Counted from the first letter of the stretch, positions 30,361 to 41,628 are shown. The stretch is 64,000 nucleotides of DNA from an uncultured delta proteobacterium (GCA_963841435.1 CAWJCS010000004.1:256001-320000), one strand, 5' to 3'. The notes: generated by a model from the letters alone, not told the origin. Translations and numbers: made by a program.

Positions 30361-31157
30361 CCGCTCGCAAGGGTCCGCTCCGCGGCTTTCCGCTCGTCGC
30401 TTTCAACCTCGTCTACTGGCCGTACCTGCTCTCGACCTGCGCGCTCTTGTTCGTGCCGGCGCTCGCGATCTGGCTTTTTTCGTTCTGGCGGCGCCCGCGC
30501 AAGCTGCTTCATGCCTACACGAGCCTCTGGGGCGCCCACTATCTTGCCTGGGCGCCGTTCGCTTCCGTGCGGGTCGAGGGGCGGGAGGCGGCGCTCCGCG
30601 GCGGTCCTTGCGTGTACGTTTCGAATCACCAGTCGATGGTCAACATCCTCGCGGCGTTCGCCGTGCGACTGCCGTACCTCTGGGTCAGCAAGCGCGAGAA
30701 CTTCTTCGTGCCGTTTCTGGGCTGGACCATGTGGCTCAACGGCTACGTGCCGCTTCGGCGCGGGCACCTGCCGAGCATTCGCCGGATGCTCCGGCGCTCC
30801 GAAGCTGCGCTGCGCGAGGGCCAGAGCTTGTTCGTCTTTCCCGAGGGAACGCGCTCGCCCGACGGCTCGATCAGACCCTTTTATCGTGGTGCCTTCTGGA
30901 TAGCGGCGCGTGGCGGCGTGCCGATCGTGCCCATCGTGATCGACGGCACGGGCGACATCCTGCCCAAGCAGAGGCTGCTCATTTCGCCGCAGCCCGTCGT
31001 CGCGCGCATCTTGCCGCCCGTCCATCCGCGGGATTTCGCTTTTGACGACCGCGCGCTGCGCGAGCACGTGCACGCCGTCATGACCCGGGAGCTCTGCTCG
31101 ATCCGTGGCCAGGAGGTCGGGGTCGAGGAGTACGTCACGGAGGGCGCCGGGGGCTGA
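30357..31157 (+). CDS. PlsC-family lysophospholipid acyltransferase
   Basis: SNHQSMVNI, WVSKRE, VPFLGW, FVFPEGTRSPDG, FYRGAF, VPIVPIVI. Confidence 0.88.
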   Translation: MTARKGPLRGFPLVAFNLVYWPYLLSTCALLFVPALAIWLFSFWRRPRKLLHAYTSLWGAHYLAWAPFASVRVEGREAALRGGPCVYVSNHQSMVNILAAFAVRLPYLWVSKRENFFVPFLGWTMWLNGYVPLRRGHLPSIRRMLRRSEAALREGQSLFVFPEGTRSPDGSIRPFYRGAFWIAARGGVPIVPIVIDGTGDILPKQRLLISPQPVVARILPPVHPRDFAFDDRALREHVHAVMTRELCSIRGQEVGVEEYVTEGAGG

Positions 31158-31304
31158 ACGGCCGGGGCTTCGCGCCCCTACGAATTTTCGCGCGCCGGTT
31201 TGAACGGAGCGCGGACGCACGGGCACACAGAAGCAAATCGCGGCTGCTGCTGGCGCCGCAACGTGAGGACCCCCGTGCGACATCTCTCGAACGACAGACG
31301 ACAG

Positions 31305-33753
31305 GTGACGTCCGCCCTGCGACCGGCGGGCCGGAAGCGGCCGCTCAGGCCGACGGCAATGGCCATGGTGATCGCGACGGCGCTCGGCGTGGGCATGGTG
31401 CTGACGCCGACACGAGCCCTGGCCGAAGCTGCCGACAGCGCCCAGGTGACGCCGCCTCGGCTCGTGAGCGCGCCCGCCGTGGCGCTGCCGGAGGGCGAGG
31501 CGCCCGTCGAGCCGGTCACCGTGCTCCTCGAGCTTTCGATCGACGAAGAGGGCCACGTGACGGCGGCAACCGTCGCCGAGAGCGGAGGCGCCCCCTACGA
31601 CGCCGAGGCCGTCCGGTCGGCGGGGCAATTCGTGTTCGAGCCAGCCCGGCGCGCGGGCACGCCGCTCGCCGTGACGGTGAGCTATCGCTACGTTTTCCGC
31701 GCCGCACCGGCGCCCGCGGCCCCCGCGCCGCCGCCCGTTGCGGCGGTGGCGGCTCCGGCGGTCGTCGCGACGGCCGAGGCCAAGACACCGGCTCCCACCC
31801 CCAAGGGCGAGAGCGCCGCGAACGCCGAGGACGAGGCTAGCTTCGAAGCCACGGCCGAGATCGAGGCGCCGCCCCGCGAGACCACCAAGCGCACCATCGA
31901 AAAGGAGGAGCTGACGCGCGTGCCTGGCACGCGTGGCGACGCCCTGCGCGCCATCGAAGTGCTGCCCGGGGTCGCACGCACGAGCGTCGGCGACGGCACG
32001 CCCATCCTGCGCGGCGCCGGATCCGACGAGAGCCAGGTGTTCCTCGACGGTATTCCCGTGCCCTTTCTCTATCACTTCGGCGGCGTGACGAGTTTTTACA
32101 GCTCGCGGCTCCTCTCCCAGGTCGACCTTTACCCCGGCAACTTCTCGACGCGCTTCGGGCGCGCCGTCGGCGGTGTCGTCAACGTGAAGACGCGAGACCC
32201 GGCGCACGATCGCTTTCACGGCATGCTCGACCTCAGCCTCATCGACACCGCCGTGCTCGCGGAAGTACCGCTCAGTGCCGACTCTGGTCTCGCCATCGCG
32301 GGACGTCGCTCCAACATCGACCTCGTCTATTCGAAGCTCGTCCCCGATGACGCCTTCTCCGTCGTCACGGCGCCCGTCTACTACGACTATCAGGCCATCT
32401 ATGCCGTCAAGCTCGGCAATCACCACCGGCTGCGACTGCTCGGGTACGGCAGCCGCGACGCGCTCGAGCTCCTGTTCAGCGATCCGAACAACGAGGATCC
32501 TGGGCTCACGGGGGGCATCAAGGGGACGCTCGCCTTCCACCGGTTCCAGGCCGAGCTCCGCTCCGACCTCGCCCCCGGCCTTTCCCAGGACATCGTGCTC
32601 GCCTTCGGTTCAACTCGATGCCGAGCAGCGCTTCGGCGAGCTGTTCCAGAAGTTCGGAGGCGAGGAGCTTCACGGGCGCGGCGAGTGGAGCCTGGAGCTC
32701 GATCCGCGGCTCCGCCTCACGGCGGGGGCCGACTTCTTTAGCTGGTTCTTGAGCGGCAGGTATCGCGGCCCCGCGCCCGCGCAGTTCGAGGGCAACCCGC
32801 GCGATGGAGATCCGCTTGCTGCGCAGCGCATCGTCTCGGCCGACGCTGGTGGCATCGACATCGTTCGGCCTGGCGCGTACCTCGAGCTCGGCGTGCGGCC
32901 GATTGACGCGCTCTTGATCGTCCCTGGCGTGAGGGTCGACTACTACGGGGAGTTCGGGGCCTGGTCGATCGATCCGCGGTTGTCGGCGCGGCTCGCGGTC
33001 GCCCACGAGACGACGCTCAAGGCGGGCGTCGGGCGCTACAGCCAGCCGCCGCTCTTCTGGATGTCGATTCCGGGTGTCGGCAACCCGGATCTCGGGCCCT
33101 ATCATGCGCTCCAGACGAGCGCGGGCATCGAGCAACGCTTCGGCAAACCGCTGTCGCTCGGAGTCGAGGGCTTCTACAAGAAGCTCGATCACACCGTCGT
33201 CGGCACCGCCGACGGAGGACCGCCCGTGTTCGTCAACGAGGGCAAGGGGCGCATCTTCGGCGCCGAGTTTTCGGCCGAAGCCCGTCCCGACGACCGCACC
33301 TTCGCGTTCCTTGCGTACACGCTTTCGCGCAGCGAAAGAAAGGATCAGGTCGGACCGTACCGCCTATTCGACCACGACCAAACCCACATCCTGAGTGTGG
33401 CGGCGTCACGCAAGCTCGGCGCGGGTTGGGAGGTCGGCGCACGCTTTCGACTCGTGAGCGGCGAGCCGTCCACGCCCGTCACGGGCAGCATTTACGACGC
33501 GCGTTCGGGCGTGTACCTGCCGCGCTACGGCACCGTCAACAGCGTTCGCAACCCGACCTTCCATCAGCTCGACGTGAAGGTCGAGAAGGCGTTTCACCTC
33601 GGCGCGCTGACGCTTGCTCCGTACCTCGACATCCAGAACGTGTACGCCGCAACGAACCCCGAAGGTTACTCGTACAACTACGACTACACCGAGCGACAAG
33701 AGGCTCCCGGTCTCGGGTTCTTCCCCAATCTCGGGTTGAGAGGAGAGCTATGA
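31305..33753 (+). CDS. TonB-dependent receptor with N-terminal TonB C-terminal-like domain; frameshift near 32610
   Basis: Signal peptide, TonB_C-like domain (VLLELSIDEEGHVT...FEPARRAG), plug VPGTRGDALRAIEVLPGV...LYHFGG...YPGNFSTRFGR, barrel continuing in the 32275 frame to FFPNLGLRGEL. Start uncertain (31263-31359). Confidence 0.88.
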
Positions 33754-34661
33754 AAAGGCCCAAGAACAAGCGCCACGCGGGGATCTTCGTGTGCGCCGGC
33801 GCGCTCGCCGCGCTCGGTTGCGACGACCCGCTCACGCCCGTGGAGGTCGTCGACAAGACGCGCATCATCGGCGCTCGCGTCGAGGTCGGCGGGGATCCGT
33901 CGCGCGCCGCGCCACTGCCGGGCGAGAACGTTGACGTGCGTTTCCTCGTCGTCGCGCCGAACCCCGAGCCCAGCCTCGCGTTCGCCCTCCACGCCTGTGT
34001 CGCCACCGATTCGGTCACGGATCTGCCGGCGTGCGCGGGGCCCGACCTCGCGACGGCGACGAGCACGGACCCTCTGCCGGCGCCTCCTGCGATCACGTTC
34101 GACGCGCCCCTCGACGCCACGGGCGACGAGCGGCTCGTCGTGCAGGGTCGGTTCTGCCCAGACGGCGTCGCCCTCGAAGACGGTGACGCGCCGGCGTGTG
34201 CACAGGGGCGCGGGCCGCTCGACGTGTCGCTCGACTTCTCGATGGACGACGGGGCACACCCGAATTCGAACCCGAGCCTCACGCGTGTGACGCTCGACGG
34301 CGTCGAGATCGGCGCCGACACGACGGCGACGCTCGATTGCACGCTGCTGCCCGAGCTCGCTCACGGGTCCGCTCACGCGCTCTCCATCGAGCTCGCCGAC
34401 GATTCCCGTGATCCGTTGCCGCCCGAGACCGCGGCGAGCGCCAGTCGCGAGAGCCTGTTGCTCTCCTATTTCGTGAGCTCGGGCGAGCTCGACCACGCCT
34501 ACAGCGCGATCGAGAGCACCGCAACCAGCCTCACGCGCAGCGTGACGTGGACGGCGCCGGGCGCTGCAGCCGACGCGCGCGTCGAGCGGTTCTACGTGGT
34601 CGTGCGCGACGGGCGGGGCGGGGCCGACTTCGCCGAGCGCCGCGTGTGCGTGCTGCCCTGA
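33750..34661 (+). CDS. Lipoprotein coupled to the TonB-dependent receptor
   Basis: AGGAG RBS, ATG overlaps the receptor stop, lipobox ALGC, C-terminal YVVVRDGRGGADF. Confidence 0.8.
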   Translation: MKRPKNKRHAGIFVCAGALAALGCDDPLTPVEVVDKTRIIGARVEVGGDPSRAAPLPGENVDVRFLVVAPNPEPSLAFALHACVATDSVTDLPACAGPDLATATSTDPLPAPPAITFDAPLDATGDERLVVQGRFCPDGVALEDGDAPACAQGRGPLDVSLDFSMDDGAHPNSNPSLTRVTLDGVEIGADTTATLDCTLLPELAHGSAHALSIELADDSRDPLPPETAASASRESLLLSYFVSSGELDHAYSAIESTATSLTRSVTWTAPGAAADARVERFYVVVRDGRGGADFAERRVCVLP

Positions 34662-34694
34662 GCGGCTTCGCCTTTTTTCAGACTGGAGGAATCG

Positions 34695-35333
34695 ATGGAT
34701 ATCGAACGCATCAATCGCATCACTACTTATGGGTCGACCTGGGTCCTCTGGGTCCTGGTCGTCGCGAGCGTCGTGGCGCTTGCGATCGTCATCGAACGGG
34801 CGGTGCTCCTGATCTCGTCGCGCGACGACCTCGTGCGCTTGCGCCGCGAGCTGCGCGAGTTGCTCGCTCAGCGCGACGTTGACGGTGCACGGCGCCGGCT
34901 CGATGCCTCGCCGAGCTTCGAGGCCTCGATCGCGCGCGCGGGGCTCGACGCCGACGGCGCCGCGAGCGCCGAGGAACGCATTCAGGCCGAGCAACAGGTG
35001 ACGCGCCTCGAGCTCGAACGACACCTCGGTTTCCTCGGAACGCTCGGTTCGAACGCACCGTTCATCGGGCTGCTCGGTACCGTGATCGGCGTCGTGCGCG
35101 CCTTCCACAAGCTCGCGGAGTTGACGGGCCAGGTGTCGGCGGGGCTGCTCGCCGAGATCGGCGAGGCGCTCGTGGCGACGGCCGTGGGCATCGTCGTGGC
35201 GTTGCCGGCGATCGCCTGCTTCAACGCCTTCCAGCGCATCATCCGCGGGCGCCTCGGGCAGAGCGACGCGCTCGGGCGTGAAGTGCTCGCGTACCTGAAG
35301 TCCGGCGCGCGCGCCGTGCTGGAGGCGCCCTGA
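34695..35333 (+). CDS. MotA/TolQ/ExbB proton channel protein
   Basis: FLGTLGSNAPFIGLLGTVIGV, IGEALVATAVGIVVALPA; GGAGG RBS. Confidence 0.95.
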   Translation: MDIERINRITTYGSTWVLWVLVVASVVALAIVIERAVLLISSRDDLVRLRRELRELLAQRDVDGARRRLDASPSFEASIARAGLDADGAASAEERIQAEQQVTRLELERHLGFLGTLGSNAPFIGLLGTVIGVVRAFHKLAELTGQVSAGLLAEIGEALVATAVGIVVALPAIACFNAFQRIIRGRLGQSDALGREVLAYLKSGARAVLEAP

Positions 35334-35334
35334 C

Positions 35335-35754
35335 ATGGCAGCCTCCAACCCGGCCGCCGACGAGGAAATCGTCGGCATCAACGTGACGCCGCTCGTGGAC
35401 GTTGTTTTGGTGTTGCTCGTCGTGCTCATGGTCACGGCGGGCTACATCGCCAAGCAAGCGATCCCGGTCGATCTGCCGCGGGCCGCCACGGGCGAATCCG
35501 TGCCGGATACGCTGGCCCTCTCGATCGATCGGGATGGCGCCTATTACGCAGACGGCAAACGACTCGGCGTTCCGGCGCTCCACGCGCTCGTCGCCGCGCG
35601 GAAGCGCGTGCAGCCCGGGCTTCGCGCGGTCATCGCTGCCGACGGCAGCGCCCGACACCACCACGTCGTCGGCCTCATCGACTTGCTCCGGCAGGAGCGC
35701 GTCACCGAGTTTGCCTTCGACGTACGGCCCGAAGATGTCGGCTCCAAACCCTAG
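35335..35754 (+). CDS. ExbD/TolR biopolymer transport protein
   Basis: INVTPLVDVVLVLLVVLMVTA, VDLPRA, IAADG. Confidence 0.95.
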   Translation: MAASNPAADEEIVGINVTPLVDVVLVLLVVLMVTAGYIAKQAIPVDLPRAATGESVPDTLALSIDRDGAYYADGKRLGVPALHALVAARKRVQPGLRAVIAADGSARHHHVVGLIDLLRQERVTEFAFDVRPEDVGSKP

Positions 35755-35761
35755 CGTCCCC

Positions 35762-36508
35762 ATGAGCGATCATCCCGTCGTCGGTTTCGTTTCGGCTGCC
35801 GCGCTGAGCCTGGCCGCTCACGGCATCGCGTACGCCTCGCTCGCGTACGTCCCGTCGTCGCCGAGCCCGAGCCCCCCGAGTCGCGTGAGCTTTCGCATCC
35901 ACGAGCCGCCCCCGCCCGCGCCGGAGCCGCCTCCGACCCCTCCGACCCAGCCGACGCCCGACCGTTCCCCCGAGCGCTCCGAGCCACGGCCGCGACCCGA
36001 GCCGACCCCCGCGCCTCCTCCGCCCGCCGCCGCGGCCGTCGACCTGCGGGGGGTCACGCTCACCAACGAGGGCGGCGGCTCCTTTAGCTCGGCCGTCGGC
36101 AACGGGCTTTCCTTCGACGGCCCGATCGGTGCCGTACGCCGCCAGGCGACCGCCCGGGCAGCTACCCCGGCGGCCACCCCGGCCCCCACGCCCACCGCGC
36201 CGCCGCTCGTCGAGCTCGCCGACCTCTCGGAGCGGCCCGTCCCGCCCGACCTCGGCAGCGTGCTCGCCCGCTACTACCCGGCGGACGCCAAGGCCCGAGG
36301 CATCGGCGGCACGGCCGTCGTCCGGGCGCGTGTCGACGCGGACGGCCGGATCCGCACGGTGACGGTGGCGGCCGAAAGCTTCGTCGGTTTCGGCGATGCC
36401 TGCCGCCGCACTCTAGCGGGCTCGCGCTGGTCGCCGCCGAAGGATCGGAACGGGCGCGCCGTCGCGACCGGGATCCGCTACACCTGTCGCTTCCTCGTCG
36501 ACCGATGA
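35762..36508 (+). CDS. TonB-family energy transducer
   Basis: N-terminal TM with SLAAH, Pro-rich spacer, YPADAKARGIGGTAVVRARVDADGRI C-terminal domain. Confidence 0.9.
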   Translation: MSDHPVVGFVSAAALSLAAHGIAYASLAYVPSSPSPSPPSRVSFRIHEPPPPAPEPPPTPPTQPTPDRSPERSEPRPRPEPTPAPPPPAAAAVDLRGVTLTNEGGGSFSSAVGNGLSFDGPIGAVRRQATARAATPAATPAPTPTAPPLVELADLSERPVPPDLGSVLARYYPADAKARGIGGTAVVRARVDADGRIRTVTVAAESFVGFGDACRRTLAGSRWSPPKDRNGRAVATGIRYTCRFLVDR

Positions 36509-38037
36509 CGCCGCGCTTCTCGATCCTCGCGCTTGCGCTGTCCATCGCGCTCGCCGTGCCGGCGCTCGGCGCGGCGCCGGCGCGCACTGGTTTGCCGGTC
36601 GCCGTCGAGCCGGGAAGCTCGAGGCTCGACGCCGCGAGCATCGAGGACGCCATCCACCAGGAGCTCCACGTCCCGCTCATCCACGATCCGAGCGCAACCG
36701 AGCGCCTCGAGGTCGTCGTGACGGGGAGGCGCGCGAACGTCACGTACTTTCGCGCGGCACGGGAGCCGGTGACGCGCTCCGTGGACCTGCCGCGCGATCC
36801 GGAGCGCGCGCTCGAGACGATCGCTTACCTGGCGGGAAACCTCGCGCGCGACGAGGCGAGCGAGTTGCTCGCCGAGCTCGCACCGGCCGGCGAAACCTCC
36901 GCGGAGCCGGACGCTGAGCCCCCACCGCCCCCGCCACCGCCTCCTCCACCTCCTCCACCCCCGCCCAACGCCGCAGCGACCGCAAAGCCCGTGGCAAAGC
37001 CGCCCCCGCCGCCCGCCGCAGACGCGAAACCGGGAGAGGGCCTCATCGAGCCGCAAGGGTTTGCCTACAATGTGACCCTGGCGCCGCCCATCGCGCTCTT
37101 GCCGCACCCCGAGCGCCGGCGGCTCAACTTCGAGCTCGGTGCCGCGATGTCGCACGTCGGTGCGATCAAGGGCGTGGGCTTCGCGCTCGGCTACCTCCGG
37201 ATCGACGGTCCCGTGGAGGGGACCTCCTTCGCTGTGTTGTGGAATCGCTCGGGCGGCGGTCGCGGCGTGCAGGCGTCGTTCATCGGCACGCAGGGTGAGG
37301 GGTCGTTTTACGGTATCGACTTTGCGGGCGTGGCAAGCGTCCGCTCGGGGGACATGCGCGGCGTCGAGGTCGGCGGCGTCGTCGCCCGGGCGAAGCGCTT
37401 CGAGGGCGCGCAAGGAGGGGGCATCGTCGCGTCGGCGAACGAGCTTCGCGGCGTGCAAGTCGCCGGCGTGGTCAGCACCGCTGGCGAAGTGTCGGGGGCG
37501 CAGGGCGCCGGGATCGCCACCGTGGCGCGCGATTTTTCGGGCGTGCAGGCCTCGCTCGTCAACGTGGCCGGCCGCGTCGAGGGCGTCCAGGTCGGGCTCG
37601 TCAACGTGGCGGAGGAAATCCACGGCGGCGCGATCGGTCTCGTGAATCTCGCGGGCAACGGGCGAGTGCATCCGAGCGTTTGGCTGTCGGGACCGGACCT
37701 TCAGTACAACGGCGGCGTTCGCTTCGTGACGGACTACACCTATGCGCTGATTGGCGCCGGCTATCAGCCGAGTGGCCGCCGCCTCGCGTACCAGCTGGCG
37801 CTCGGCCTGCACCTCGGCCTCGGTCGCGGCTTCTTCGAGACCGGGCTCGGCGGCGCCGAGATCCGCGAGACCACCGGAAGCTTTCGCTCCGTGCGCGGGG
37901 AGGCACGCTACGAGGTCCGCGCCGGGTACGAGGTCGTGCGCCACCTCGAGCCCTACGCCGGCGGTGCGGTCACCGTGCGCGGCACGGGGGAGGGGAAGCC
38001 GGTCCGTGGCGAGGGCTTCCTGGGGCTGGCTTTCTAG
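36505..38037 (+). CDS. Exported/outer-membrane protein with poly-Pro linker and GxQxxxxxNxA-type repeats
   Basis: Signal peptide, ~15 consecutive Pro, ~15-aa repeats (GVQVAGVVSTA, GVQASLVNVA, GVQVGLVNVA), beta-strand C-terminus ending in Phe (GFLGLAF). Confidence 0.75.
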   Translation: MTPRFSILALALSIALAVPALGAAPARTGLPVAVEPGSSRLDAASIEDAIHQELHVPLIHDPSATERLEVVVTGRRANVTYFRAAREPVTRSVDLPRDPERALETIAYLAGNLARDEASELLAELAPAGETSAEPDAEPPPPPPPPPPPPPPPPNAAATAKPVAKPPPPPAADAKPGEGLIEPQGFAYNVTLAPPIALLPHPERRRLNFELGAAMSHVGAIKGVGFALGYLRIDGPVEGTSFAVLWNRSGGGRGVQASFIGTQGEGSFYGIDFAGVASVRSGDMRGVEVGGVVARAKRFEGAQGGGIVASANELRGVQVAGVVSTAGEVSGAQGAGIATVARDFSGVQASLVNVAGRVEGVQVGLVNVAEEIHGGAIGLVNLAGNGRVHPSVWLSGPDLQYNGGVRFVTDYTYALIGAGYQPSGRRLAYQLALGLHLGLGRGFFETGLGGAEIRETTGSFRSVRGEARYEVRAGYEVVRHLEPYAGGAVTVRGTGEGKPVRGEGFLGLAF

Positions 38038-38140
38038 CAATAAATAATCATATCCGACAGTTAGGCGACATGTGGCGGCGTTTGAACGATCGCGGGACTG
38101 CCGGGCACAAACCCGAGAGGCCCCGTGTGGCCGCCACGGA

Positions 38141-38740
38141 ATGACGCTATCTCACCTCGTGACCGTGACGGACGCGACGTTCGCCCAGAGGGACGAGCCG
38201 ACCCAGGACGATCTGGTCGCTCGAATTGCGTACGGCGACCGCGCGGCCATCGGTGAGGTGTACGACGCGCACCACGTCGCCGTGCGCGCGTTCTGCCAGC
38301 GGCTCGTCGGGGAGGTCGCGGCTGCCGAGGACCTTCTGCATCACGTCTTCGTGTCGCTCGAGCAGAGCATCCGCGGATACCGAGGCGAGGCCTCGCTCCG
38401 CACGTTTCTGATCTCGGTGGCCGTCAACCACGCGCGCCATCACGTGCGCGCCGCGGCACGTCGGCGCCACGCCATGGAGCGACTGGAGCGCGAGCCGAGC
38501 GGACGCTCGTCGGATCCCGAGGAGGAAGCCGGTCGTCGGGAGCTGTCGCGGGCACTGACGCGGAGTCTCGACGCGCTGCCGCTCGATCAGCGCGTGGCTT
38601 TCGTGCTTTGCGAGGTGGAAGAGCGGAGCTCCATCGAGGTCTCGAAGATCGTCGGCAGTCCCGAAGGTACGGTGCGCACCCGCCTGTTCCACGCGAAAAA
38701 GAAGCTGCGCGAGCTCTTGGCCCAGGAGGGCGTCCGATGA
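38141..38740 (+). CDS. ECF RNA polymerase sigma factor
   Basis: Region 2 AAEDLL...YRGEASLRTFLISVAVN; region 4 LDALPLDQRVAFVLCEVEE...GTVRTRLFHAKKKL. Confidence 0.93.
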   Translation: MTLSHLVTVTDATFAQRDEPTQDDLVARIAYGDRAAIGEVYDAHHVAVRAFCQRLVGEVAAAEDLLHHVFVSLEQSIRGYRGEASLRTFLISVAVNHARHHVRAAARRRHAMERLEREPSGRSSDPEEEAGRRELSRALTRSLDALPLDQRVAFVLCEVEERSSIEVSKIVGSPEGTVRTRLFHAKKKLRELLAQEGVR

Positions 38741-39471
38741 ACGACGACGTGCTCGCCCGCGCAACCCGCGCTCTACGGGAGGAAACCCAGGGCGACGACG
38801 CGAGCGCTCGCCTCACGCGCTCGCGCATCATGGCGGGCGTCGCCGAGCGCCGCGTGCGGCGGCGGACGCGCGTCGCCTTCCTCTTGCCCATCGCTGCGAC
38901 GTTCGTCGCCGCGAGCGCGCTCGGAGCGACCGGCTCCGGGCGTCAGGCGCTCGCGGGGCTCGCCCGTGCGCTCGGCTTGCCCGTCGGCCCCGCCGCTACG
39001 GCCGCCCCGCCGCCGGCACGCCCGGCTCCTATTCGCCGTGCTGCTCCAGCCCCCGAGCCGGCCGTCGACCGCGCGCCCGAGCCCGCGCCCCCGGCGGAGC
39101 CTGAGCCCGGTCCGGAGCCAGACCCCGCTCCGGCTCGCGTGCCCGAGGTGGCAGCCGCGCTCGCCCCCGAGCCCGCTCGTTCAGCGACGAGCGCCGACCC
39201 CGCCTTCGATCTGTACCGGGCAGCCCACCACGCTCACTTCGTGGAGCGCGATCCGGCGCAAGCCCTGGCCGCGTGGGATGCGTATCTGAAGAGGGCGCCA
39301 CGCGGCTCGTTCGCGCTCGAGGCCCGCTACAACCGCGCCCTCTGCCTGTTGCGCCTGCAGCGTACGGCCGAGGCACGCGTTGCGCTGACACCGTTCGCCG
39401 AGGGTCGCTACCAGGGATACCGCCAGGGAGAGGCCCGCGAGCTCATCGACGCGCTGCCCGAAAATCAGTAG
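38737..39471 (+). CDS. Putative anti-sigma factor: short cytoplasmic N-terminus, TM, Pro-rich linker, C-terminal TPR-like domain
   Basis: ATGA overlap with sigma stop, TM FLLPIAATFVAASALGA, YLKRAPRGSFALEARYNRALCL. Confidence 0.7.
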   Translation: MNDDVLARATRALREETQGDDASARLTRSRIMAGVAERRVRRRTRVAFLLPIAATFVAASALGATGSGRQALAGLARALGLPVGPAATAAPPPARPAPIRRAAPAPEPAVDRAPEPAPPAEPEPGPEPDPAPARVPEVAAALAPEPARSATSADPAFDLYRAAHHAHFVERDPAQALAAWDAYLKRAPRGSFALEARYNRALCLLRLQRTAEARVALTPFAEGRYQGYRQGEARELIDALPENQ

Positions 39472-39578
39472 CGTAGGGCCCGGAACGAGCCTTCTGTTCG
39501 CGGCCGACGCGGCCCCGAAACCCTGGCCCTCGTGGCCGGAGCGCTGCGAGGGTTGGCGTCCCTGCTGCCTCATGGTAA

Positions 39579-41042
<1,464 letters not shown>

Positions 41043-41058
41043 GCCCGAGGCAGCCAGC

Positions 41059-41568
41059 ATGGCCGAAACGCTCGCGCTCGAAATCGTCACGCCCGACGGC
41101 GTGAAGCTCCGAGAAACCGTCGACACCCTCACCGCTCCCGGCGCCGACGGGGAGTTCGGTGTGCTGCCGAGGCATCGCCCGCTGCTCGCCGCGCTGACCG
41201 CTGGCATTCTCACGTACACGAAGGGCAGCGTCATCGAATCGGTGGCCATCGGCGCCGGTTTCGCCGAGGTGGTGGACGACCGCGCCGTCGTGCTCACCGA
41301 CCACTTCGTCCGCAAGAGCGACATCGATCCGGTGCGCGTGCGCCTCGAGCTCAAGGAAGTCGACGAGGAGCTCGACCGGTACGCCGGTCATCCGAGCGGC
41401 CCCGAGTACGGCGCGCTCGTCGCGCGCGAGCTGTGGGCCGCGACCCAGCTCGAGCTGTACGGCGACCCGCCGCCGCCGCGCGTTCGCAGCCAGAGCGAGC
41501 TCGAGCTCAACCTGGTCGAGACGTACAAGCGGGCCGAGCCGAACGGCGACCCGCACGGGCCCAACTGA
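41059..41568 (+). CDS. atpC: F0F1 ATP synthase subunit epsilon
   Basis: LEIVTPDG, GEFGVLPRHRPLL, GFAEV; directly after atpD. Confidence 0.93.
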   Translation: MAETLALEIVTPDGVKLRETVDTLTAPGADGEFGVLPRHRPLLAALTAGILTYTKGSVIESVAIGAGFAEVVDDRAVVLTDHFVRKSDIDPVRVRLELKEVDEELDRYAGHPSGPEYGALVARELWAATQLELYGDPPPPRVRSQSELELNLVETYKRAEPNGDPHGPN

Positions 41569-41628
41569 CGCCGGCACGGCCGCGGCCGGCGCCCGCGGCT
41601 GCGGTCCGGCGTCCAGCTGCGCCGCCGT

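Noticed and set aside
31181..31191. GAATTTTCGC shared with the regB upstream box
   Set aside because: The left half-site TGCGG is absent, so it is not counted as a third RegA box
31158..31304. Possible cobalamin or other riboswitch upstream of the TonB-dependent receptor
   Set aside because: No B12-box or other recognisable aptamer core; an Infernal/Rfam scan would be decisive
34695..36508. Calling these genes the gliding motor aglRQS/gltG
   Set aside because: Only one ExbD-type gene, and the context is a TonB-dependent receptor operon
36920..36966. Poly-Pro tract near efp suggesting a functional link
   Set aside because: EF-P acts genome-wide and Pro-rich linkers are common in this genome; proximity is uninformative
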